In this document: piece after piece, positions 25,103 through 32,000 of the stretch | Layout of the letters: each line of letters opens with the position of its first letter | Numbering within the stretch: the first letter of the stretch is position 1 | From: Candidatus Hermodarchaeota archaeon | GTDB taxonomy: Archaea; Asgardarchaeota; Heimdallarchaeia; Hodarchaeales; Hodarchaeaceae | DNA length: 32,000 nt | Reading direction: 5' to 3' | Assembly: GCA_048886185.1 (NCBI GenBank) | Contig: JBHLKY010000008.1 | Span: 60,001 to 92,000, forward strand | Position numbers and translations under genes: made by a program | Notes under the pieces: model-generated | Told to the model about the DNA's origin: nothing | What the model saw: the letters and a program-made list of their open reading frames with translations, nothing else | Databases searched by the model: none

Positions 25103-26782
25103 CTAGTCTTCTTTAAATATTTCTCGTAATCTTGATAACTCCTTTAACATCTCGCCACGTAATTCAGCTATACTTGTAGACCTAGCATCAGCCATTAAAT
25201 CAAGAGATGATTGCACTGGAGGAGCTGTTGATGGCACAGGTATAGGAGGGGGTGTTCCTGGAGATGATGGAGGGATTGGGGGGCCGCTAGGAGGCATAGG
25301 AGGAGATGGTGAAGGTGTTGTTATTGGTGGGGCGCTTGGAGGTGGGGTGGGAATTGGGGTTACTTTTTTATCTGGAATGGAAGGAGCTTCTTCGCTTAAT
25401 GCAGCATCGAATAAAAATTTGGCACTACTTGGAACTTTCTCTCTATAATCATTGATCTTTGTTTTTATTAATTTATTTAGATCTTGATATTGTTTAGTTA
25501 TTGCCTCAAATGTTCGTCCTCGAAATCTATCCTGTCTAAACGCCTCTTTGAAATATTTAATCATCTCTACTTGGGACCTATTCACAATCTCTAAATAAGC
25601 TAACATCTCGCTTGGCGTGGTATCGATACCAGGTAATTTATCGTCTTCAACAGCTATAAGTGCTCCAATATCAACACTTATTTCTTCAGATTCGAAAAAA
25701 ACAATTGAACAAATGAATATGATAGAAATAAAAGTCATTATTATTCCATTAACATAATATACATCCCAAGTCATTCCTATTAACATTAGCATTCCATAAG
25801 TGTTTGGAAAATCGGAAATTGTCATTAGAGGGAGTGTTTCAAGTTGAGGGATATCAATGTATTCAGATGTAGGAAGAACGAGAACGAAAGAAATCAGTAA
25901 TTGGATAGTTCCCACAAAAAGAAGCAATATCATTAAAAAACGGAGCTTATAAATAAATTCATAAGCTTGATCTGAAGCTGAAATTAGCAATAGACCAATT
26001 AAAATTGCAAGACTTCCAAATAATAAGAAATCATAATAATTCATGAACTCAAATACTGTTATGGGCAGAATTTCATTTAAAGCCAAGGTAGGAATAATAT
26101 AAGCAATAATTCCAATTAATGCGATCAGGATAAATATAAAACGTAAGCGATGAATAATTGCACGGAAGTTCGAACTGGCGCTAATCAAGAGGGGAATCAT
26201 GCCAATAAATAGTATAACACCTCCAAATAGATAAAAGGTGAGCCACATACTTTTTTCGATGTCAATGAAGGCTAATAAATCGAAATACGTTAATAAACTG
26301 GCAATCTCAAAGAGGATTCCAGCAAAAAAAATGAGGAAAAAAATAATTCTAAATCTCCATAACCTTGTGCGATCATGAGTAGCCAATAAAATCGTTGAAA
26401 AACTAAAAATTATTAATACTGCACCCAGAATATAATAATCAAACCATGTATGGCTAGGAGTTATTGGTGTAAGAATATGGGGAACTAAGGTTGAATAAAT
26501 CAAGAAAATAAACCCAATTCCAGTTAGAAGTAGTAAATGAGGATAAAATTTTTTTACTGCTTTTTTTCCACTTGCATCCAATGACGTTAAGACGGGAAAA
26601 AATCCAATTAGAGATAAATAAAAGCCGAAAGCTAATAATATACCATAATTAAATCCATAAAAAAGTCCGCCTTCTATGCCTCCAGCACCTGAAAAGTATA
26701 TTATACCAAGAATTATGGTTAATATCCCAATACCAGCGATGGTGAGAAGTATATTTGATGATCTTACAACTGTTTTTCTCAA
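25103..26782 (-). CDS. Polytopic (~10 TM) membrane protein with cytoplasmic helical hairpin, polyproline tract and conserved C-terminal helix (paralog 2)
   Basis: Same architecture as 22818-24521: shared N-terminus (MRKTV.RSS..LLTIAGIG), TPSEM.AYLEI and ADARSTSIAELRGEMLKEL.RLREIFKE. Confidence 0.85.
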   Translation of the reverse strand: MRKTVVRSSNILLTIAGIGILTIILGIIYFSGAGGIEGGLFYGFNYGILLAFGFYLSLIGFFPVLTSLDASGKKAVKKFYPHLLLLTGIGFIFLIYSTLVPHILTPITPSHTWFDYYILGAVLIIFSFSTILLATHDRTRLWRFRIIFFLIFFAGILFEIASLLTYFDLLAFIDIEKSMWLTFYLFGGVILFIGMIPLLISASSNFRAIIHRLRFIFILIALIGIIAYIIPTLALNEILPITVFEFMNYYDFLLFGSLAILIGLLLISASDQAYEFIYKLRFLMILLLFVGTIQLLISFVLVLPTSEYIDIPQLETLPLMTISDFPNTYGMLMLIGMTWDVYYVNGIIMTFISIIFICSIVFFESEEISVDIGALIAVEDDKLPGIDTTPSEMLAYLEIVNRSQVEMIKYFKEAFRQDRFRGRTFEAITKQYQDLNKLIKTKINDYREKVPSSAKFLFDAALSEEAPSIPDKKVTPIPTPPPSAPPITTPSPSPPMPPSGPPIPPSSPGTPPPIPVPSTAPPVQSSLDLMADARSTSIAELRGEMLKELSRLREIFKED

Positions 26783-26827
26783 CTATTAGATCTCCTTATC
26801 ACCAATTCGGAAAAATCCATCATAAAA

Positions 26828-26864
26828 ATTATATCAAAAGCTACCTTAAAAAGTCTAGTGAAAT
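26828..26864 (-). promoter_or_regulatory. Conserved upstream element of paralog 2
   Basis: Identical copies of cttaaaaagtctagtgaaat (26845-26864) and attatatcaaa (26828-26838), about 63 nt upstream of the start. Confidence 0.65.
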
Positions 26865-27231
26865 CCAAGAAACATCTCAAGTCATAATTTACCAACAAAA
26901 AGTTTTTCTCATGACAATCCAACTTTTTAATTTACCGATTCTGATGTCATTTTAAAAATAATTTCTAAATTTCTGGTTTAATGCTAAAAAAGCTAAATTC
27001 TTCTTTAAGCTGAAGTTAGGAGAAAAAACGGGTGAAGATAATTATATTTCCGTCTTTTCGTTTAATTAATGACCAATACGACTTTTTTCTTTAAAAAATC
27101 ATTATTGGTGTGATCGTAGAAAGCTTAGAAAAGAAAACATAAATAATATTCGAGAAATGACTCTCCTCGCCTAAAAATATACTTAATAGCAATTATATAG
27201 TCTTTCATCCAAACGAAAGACAGCTTCAGTT

Positions 27232-27349
27232 GCCGAGGTATTCTAGTCCGGTAGGAAGCATGCCTGGAAAGTTTGATAAAAGGATTCCTTTCTCTACTCT
27301 AGGTAGCATGTGCTCTTTGAGCTCGAGAGTTCAAATCTCTCCCTCGGCG
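27232..27349 (+). tRNA. tRNA-Ser(GGA) with a 35-nt canonical intron at 37/38 (27270-27304); CCA not encoded
   Basis: Acceptor GCCGAGG/CCTCGGC, anticodon arm CATGC-CTGGAA|A-GCATG, variable arm GCTC-TTT-GAGC, T-arm GAGAG-TTCAAAT-CTCTC, G73. BHB central helix CTGG/CTAG. Confidence 0.95.
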
Positions 27350-27350
27350 C

Positions 27351-27357
27351 TTTTTTT
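27351..27357 (+). terminator. Oligo-T terminator after tRNA-Ser
   Basis: T7 run immediately after the tRNA 3' end. Confidence 0.55.
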
Positions 27358-27539
27358 ATTACAAAATCTTAATTAATAAGCCTCAATGAATGATTATCTT
27401 TCAGGATCTGCCCTACAAAAGATAATATATACCCTCGAAACTCCCTTAGGATAAGAGTAGAATAACAATACTCGGATTTTCACTTAGTAGTATACATTTG
27501 ATACTTTATTCGTATGATAAATCAAAGTAGGAACTCAAC

Positions 27540-27992
27540 ATGGAGTACAACCATCAATTAAGGATTGCAGGGGCCGATTGTCGAGGTGATTGGCTAGTAA
27601 GCTATGCACTCACTCAAATCAAAGGTGTGGGCTATCGATTATCATCCCAGATCTGTGAAAAAGCTGATCTTGATCCAGAAATGCGGTGTGGTTTTTTAAC
27701 AGAAGAAGAAATTCAGCTAATAGAAGATATTTTGATGAACTGTACAGCTTTTGGGATACCCCCCTGGATGTTAAATCGGCAGAAAGACCTCATAACAGGT
27801 GAAGACATTCATTTAATTAGCAACGACTTAATTGATATTCTTCGAATAGATATTGAACGTGAAAAGAAAACACGTTCTTATCGAGGGATTCGCCATTATT
27901 TGGGATTACCTGTCCGTGGACAACGGACGAAAACATCGGGTCGAGGTGGAGCTACAATAGGTGTATCAAAAAAGAAGTTAATGAAGAAATGA
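27540..27992 (+). CDS. rps13: 30S ribosomal protein uS13
   Basis: LRIAG.D..G...V.YALT.IKGVG, PPWMLNRQKD..TGED.HL, SYRGIRH.LGLPVRGQRTKT.GR.G.T.GV.KKK. Confidence 0.98.
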   Translation: MEYNHQLRIAGADCRGDWLVSYALTQIKGVGYRLSSQICEKADLDPEMRCGFLTEEEIQLIEDILMNCTAFGIPPWMLNRQKDLITGEDIHLISNDLIDILRIDIEREKKTRSYRGIRHYLGLPVRGQRTKTSGRGGATIGVSKKKLMKK

Positions 27993-28002
27993 GGTTTTTA
28001 TA

Positions 28003-28563
28003 ATGGGTGATCCACGTAGATTAAGAAAAAAACTTGTTGGGCCCCGCCACCCATTCAATAAATCCCGTATTGAAGAAGAAATGAAATATTTAGGTGATTT
28101 CGGGCTTAGAAATAAGAAAGAAATCTGGAAAGCTCGAACTATCCTTGGAAATTTTAGAGCTAGAGCAAGGGTATCATTGGCTCTTCCTGAACATCAACGT
28201 GAAGAAGAACGCCATATTCTTGTAAGAAAGCTTTTTCGGATGGGTATCATGTCAAATGAAGAAGGATTAATAGATGATGTTCTTTCCCTCACGATAGAAC
28301 AATTTCTTAAAAGACGACTCCAATCAATTGTTCATGAACTTGGTTTAGCTAAAAGTCCTTGGCAAGCTCGACAAATGATCACTCATGGACATATCGCAAT
28401 AAGAGGTAAGAAAGTAACTTCTCCAAGTTATCACGTTTTACGTGGAGAAGAAGAACTTATTACTTATGCTTCAAGTTCCTCATATAATGACCCAGCTCAC
28501 CCCGCACTCACTGTTCCCTCTTCTAAATCTCCTAAAACTACTACCAGTACTCCCCGCGAATAA
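28003..28563 (+). CDS. rps4: 30S ribosomal protein uS4
   Basis: MGDP...RKK..GPRHP, FGLRNKKEIW, FL.RRLQSIV...G.A.S..QARQ.ITHGHI. Confidence 0.97.
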   Translation: MGDPRRLRKKLVGPRHPFNKSRIEEEMKYLGDFGLRNKKEIWKARTILGNFRARARVSLALPEHQREEERHILVRKLFRMGIMSNEEGLIDDVLSLTIEQFLKRRLQSIVHELGLAKSPWQARQMITHGHIAIRGKKVTSPSYHVLRGEEELITYASSSSYNDPAHPALTVPSSKSPKTTTSTPRE

Positions 28564-28579
28564 TTAAAATCTTTTAAAC

Positions 28580-28990
28580 GTGAATAAAATGTCACAAAGA
28601 AATCAAAATCCTCTAATGGCTATAGCTCACATTCTAAGCTCATATAATAACACAATAATTACTCTCACTGATATGACTGGTGCAGAGACAATTGCTAAAT
28701 CTTCAGGGGGACAGGTTGTCAGAGCTGACAGAAACCAATCATCTCCCTACGCAGCAATGAAGGTTGGGCATGCAATCGCAAGTATAGCAAAAGAAAGAGG
28801 GATTAAAAAAGTTGTAGTGAGAGTTCGTGCACCAGGAGGGTCTGGTGCACGTAATCCAGGTCCAGGCGCTCAAGCCGCGATTCGAGCTATAGCTCGGTCG
28901 GGTTTACAAATTACTAGGATTGAGGAAGTAACACCCATCCCCCATGATAGCACAAGGGCTCGTGGAGGCCGCCGTGGTCGCCGCGTATAA
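28580..28990 (+). CDS. rps11: 30S ribosomal protein uS11
   Basis: [20 protein letters not shown]...[50 protein letters not shown]. An alternative ATG start lies at 28589. Confidence 0.98.
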   Translation: MNKMSQRNQNPLMAIAHILSSYNNTIITLTDMTGAETIAKSSGGQVVRADRNQSSPYAAMKVGHAIASIAKERGIKKVVVRVRAPGGSGARNPGPGAQAAIRAIARSGLQITRIEEVTPIPHDSTRARGGRRGRRV

Positions 28991-29087
28991 TGTAACTTCC
29001 ATTTTTCTTATTTATTTCCAAGTTATTGCTAGTTACTCATAGGGTAGTAGAGAAACTGATTTTTGGGTTCAGAACTGCTCTTTATTC

Positions 29088-30071
29088 TTATGATCCTTTC
29101 CACATTGAAGGGTAAATTTTCTTTTTCATAAAAACTGTATTCGTATAAGCGCAGATCCCATTTGCTAATTCTAGTATATCCTTAGACTGTAAGGCTCCAT
29201 GAGCAAATGCAACGAGTTCATCTTTCATAGTTAGGATAGCAACAAGTGAATTTTTTTTAACACCCTCAGTTACTCGTACAACTCCTGGAATTGTTAATGC
29301 CGCCCCATGACATATGGCGTCAACAGCAGAATCACGGATATATATTTTTGGTAGATTCTGGCATATAACTTCAAATGGTTGAATTATTTCTCGAATAAAT
29401 TCCTCACTTCCTTCCATTTTGTAATAATACCAAGCATCCGATAAATCTTGAAGCGTGAAACAATTCTGTTCTGAAAATGGTCCAGTTCTAATACGACGTA
29501 ATTCTTGCATATGTGCCCCTGTACCTAGGAGGAGGCCAATATCATGGCATAATTTGCGAATATATGTCCCAGCTTCACAATTTATATGAAGTAATGAGTA
29601 TTGAGAATCATGATGTTCATACAAGTCCAGGGCGTAGATTTTCCGAACACGAAGTCTTCTTTTTACGTTACTCCTTAACGGAGGAGTCTGATAGATTTTA
29701 CCTTGAAAATTACCAAGAACAGAAAGGAGCTTTTCTCGAGAGACAGGAGCATGAGACTTCAGGATACAAATGTACTCTTTCCCTGAATGCAAAAGAACAC
29801 GTAAAGCACGTGTTGCTCGTCCTAACGCAACTGGTAAACATCCAGTTACAGCAGGATCTAGTGTCCCACCATGACCCGCTTTTTCTACTCCTAGGATACG
29901 TTTAACCCAAGCTGTTACTTCATGTGAGGTAGGATTTGCTGGTTTATCAAGATTAATAATCCCAAGATCCATAAGCTCATCTATACTTCGTTTCTGAGGG
30001 GATTTGCCAACATCAGGATCGCTTAGATAATGTGGAACTTTATCGTAGACCTTATAGTTAACTTGTTCCAT
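29088..30071 (-). CDS. cbf5: H/ACA RNA-guided pseudouridine synthase Cbf5
   Basis: INLDKP..PTSHEV..WVKRIL, GHGGTLDP (catalytic Asp), YQ.PPLRS.VKRRLR.R, CEAGTYIRKLCHDIG..LG.GAHMQELRR; C-terminal PUA domain. Confidence 0.97.
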   Translation of the reverse strand: MEQVNYKVYDKVPHYLSDPDVGKSPQKRSIDELMDLGIINLDKPANPTSHEVTAWVKRILGVEKAGHGGTLDPAVTGCLPVALGRATRALRVLLHSGKEYICILKSHAPVSREKLLSVLGNFQGKIYQTPPLRSNVKRRLRVRKIYALDLYEHHDSQYSLLHINCEAGTYIRKLCHDIGLLLGTGAHMQELRRIRTGPFSEQNCFTLQDLSDAWYYYKMEGSEEFIREIIQPFEVICQNLPKIYIRDSAVDAICHGAALTIPGVVRVTEGVKKNSLVAILTMKDELVAFAHGALQSKDILELANGICAYTNTVFMKKKIYPSMWKGS

Positions 30072-30111
30072 TTCACCCTCACCTATTCAACACAATGGTT
30101 GAATTGATCCA

Positions 30112-30390
30112 TTAAAGTGTTATCCTTAACGGGGTTTTTATTTCATTTACAATATTTGCTTTATCGATTGCTTTAGCAATATCTTCATCTTTCGCTCCAC
30201 GTTTTATTGAGACACTGAGATCTAATGTGCGAAGATGTTTGATATTGCACCTACGTCGTTTTACTGGAGAAATTCCAGCACCTGAAATGAGAGCGAAATT
30301 TTGGTCAACTAAATCTACAATAACTGCTTTCATTAGCGCCTCGCGACCAGCAGTCTTAACGATGACTCTACCAACTTCTATCGCGGCCAT
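30112..30390 (-). CDS. rpl14e: 50S ribosomal protein eL14
   Basis: M.AIEVGRV.VKTAGREA..K.VIVD..D.NF.LI.G....VKRRRCNI.HL. Confidence 0.96.
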   Translation of the reverse strand: MAAIEVGRVIVKTAGREALMKAVIVDLVDQNFALISGAGISPVKRRRCNIKHLRTLDLSVSIKRGAKDEDIAKAIDKANIVNEIKTPLRITL

Positions 30391-30747
30391 CTTTGATTCC
30401 TTCTATAAATATCGCATCTTTGTTGAGACTTGTATATAATCAAGCAAAAATCACTTGAAGAAGTGTGCATGAACGGAATAATGCAAATATTTCTGCTTCT
30501 ATTCGTTTGTAGCCTTTTTAAACAATGCCTCAAATAAGTTCCCTCGCGCGCCAACATTCAAAGAGATGACCTCACATTCATTTTCAAAAAATGTTTGATA
30601 TAGCCAAAATCATTCTTCAATCCCATGAGGCTACCAAGAAAAGAATAAAAACCTTGAAATTTAATTTCATTAAATCTCCGCCATACTTTTACCCATACAA
30701 ATTTCACACCGCTAAAGTTAAAACCATAAGTGGAAGTAACTAATCAG

Positions 30748-30884
30748 GCCGCTGTGGCTTAGTTGGTAGAGCGACAGACTCGTAAGGTGATTCTCTATCT
30801 AGAGAGAAACCCAAGAAATCTGTTGGCCGTGGGTTCAAGATATAAGTTCCTAATGGATCGTATATGAAATTCCCACCAGCGGCT
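30748..30884 (+). tRNA. tRNA-Thr(CGT) with two introns: 37/38 (30785-30817, 33 nt) and 59/60 (30840-30870, 31 nt)
   Basis: Acceptor GCCGCTG/CAGCGGC, D-arm GCTT...AGAGC, anticodon arm ACAGA-CTCGTA|A-TCTGT. The T-arm GTGGG-TTCAAG|T-CCCAC forms after removing the second insert. Both inserts form BHB motifs. Confidence 0.95.
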
Positions 30885-30980
30885 TTTATAGTTCAAATGA
30901 TTTTGTTAAATAAAAATCCAAAAACCTTTTTGGATAAACATTACAATGGGTTTTCTAAGGACAATAAACTTTGGATAAAA

Positions 30981-31841
30981 TTACCAATTCATCTGAATAA
31001 AATCCTGATAGATATTTAATGGATTATCACTGAAATATTTAATCATTTCATTCATCTTCTCCATTCCCAATTGATAATCTCGTTGGATTAATTGCTTTAA
31101 TTCTGAAGACGTAACAAGAGATTTTAGTTTCATGTAATAGTCCTTAAGTCGTTGTTTCCATTCCTCTCTAGTTCTACGATCTAGTCTATAAATTATAGGT
31201 GTCTCTATTTCAGTGACAGTGAGCTTGTTAACGGAAGTATAATGCCAAAATACAAGAGGAAATGAATACCCCGTTTCATTAAGGGTGCTGGGAAGTATTT
31301 CAGTCTTATAGCCCTTTAATCCACAGAAAGCATCCGTAAGATTCAAATTAAAACATGTATTAATAGTTTTTGTAAGTAACATATTAGTAATATAGCGATC
31401 TACCGGTACGTTTGTGTTTTGTTCCCAGAAACGATATGATTGATAGCGGCTGGTAGAGATTAAATCTATTCCTGGATTATCAACAAAATTTTCAAGTATT
31501 TCCTTAACACTGAAGGGAGCGTGTTGAAGATCTGCATCGAAAGTGATTAATATGTTAAATCTCTCTCTTGCTTCCCGAAATAGAGTGAGAATTGACCTAC
31601 CATAGCCAAGAGGGCCATCATTGTGACGAATATATTTCAACGGATATATTAGAGCCAACTTCTTGTAGATTTCTTGAGACCGATCAGTACTTCCATCATC
31701 AACTAACAATACTCGGATATCATATTTTCTACAGTCTTTATCAAGAAATTCATAAAGAGAACTAAGACATTCAGATAGATAGGCTTGTTCGTTATATAAT
31801 GGTATGCCAATTAATATTTTTGGAATCAAGAATTCCTCCAA
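30981..31841 (-). CDS. Soluble GT2 glycosyltransferase (polyprenol-phosphate mannose synthase-like fold)
   Basis: IGIPLYNE, VDDGSTD, GYG.S, TFDADLQH (DxD), D...GLKGY; no obvious TM segment. Confidence 0.85.
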   Translation of the reverse strand: MEEFLIPKILIGIPLYNEQAYLSECLSSLYEFLDKDCRKYDIRVLLVDDGSTDRSQEIYKKLALIYPLKYIRHNDGPLGYGRSILTLFREARERFNILITFDADLQHAPFSVKEILENFVDNPGIDLISTSRYQSYRFWEQNTNVPVDRYITNMLLTKTINTCFNLNLTDAFCGLKGYKTEILPSTLNETGYSFPLVFWHYTSVNKLTVTEIETPIIYRLDRRTREEWKQRLKDYYMKLKSLVTSSELKQLIQRDYQLGMEKMNEMIKYFSDNPLNIYQDFIQMNW

Positions 31842-32000
31842 TTAGTAAATTTGCATAAATAATGAGATTATAATTGGTTCAATGTTTTTTCCATTAATTC
31901 ACATTTAAAATGGGTTCCTATCCTTCTAAGTGTATTATTTCATTATTTCTTTTTTTGTCCCCAGAAAGTTAAACATAATTATTCCTATAGTTTTGACCAT

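Noticed and set aside
27200-27221. GTCTTTC/GAAAGAC hairpin upstream of tRNA-Ser
   Set aside because: A single 7-bp stem overlapping the likely promoter/TSS region; no function can be supported.
1239-30439. Many 60-130 aa ORFs overlapping well-supported genes (for example 1239-1430, 1823-2065, 3723-3980, 6335-6607, 13127-13516, 18838-19083, 22351-22725, 29513-29905)
   Set aside because: They lie antisense or out of frame within conserved genes and have no recognisable motifs.
1-32000. CRISPR arrays, IS/transposases, integrases, rRNA genes
   Set aside because: No regularly spaced direct repeats, transposase/integrase motifs or rRNA-like sequence were seen. The regions next to the tRNAs show no att-like duplication of tRNA 3' ends.

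Overview
AT-rich archaeal chromosomal window. It is most likely Asgard/Heimdallarchaeia-like; this is inferred from the eukaryote-like Sec61beta and uL4 motifs, not from a database search. Most of it is information-processing housekeeping: fibrillarin (partial)-Nop5, TBP and TFB head-to-head, uL3-uL4-uL23-uL2, uS13-uS4-uS11, eL14-Cbf5, a SPOUT methyltransferase, a tRNA-splicing endonuclease subunit coupled to a PIN-ATPase, RpiA, NnrDE, a stand-alone A/V-ATPase subunit D and two GT2 glycosyltransferases. The ORF track misses three intron-containing tRNAs: Leu-CAA (intron at 30/31), Ser-GGA (37/38) and Thr-CGT (two introns, 37/38 and 59/60). The endonuclease subunit lacks the catalytic His, which fits a heteromeric, relaxed-specificity enzyme. 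The most intriguing accessory element is a tandem pair of paralogous ~10-TM membrane proteins. Their cytoplasmic tails carry a helical hairpin, a polyproline tract and a near-invariant C-terminal amphipathic (WH2-like) helix, and the two genes share a conserved promoter. They are candidate membrane anchors for an actin or ESCRT system; this is a hypothesis only. Also noted: an archaeosortase beside Sec61beta, an unannotated 55-aa sorting-signal-like ORF, a triple winged-helix protein, an rpiA with no ATG/GTG/TTG start, and two apparent local inversions of ribosomal-protein blocks. No CRISPR array, IS element or rRNA was seen.
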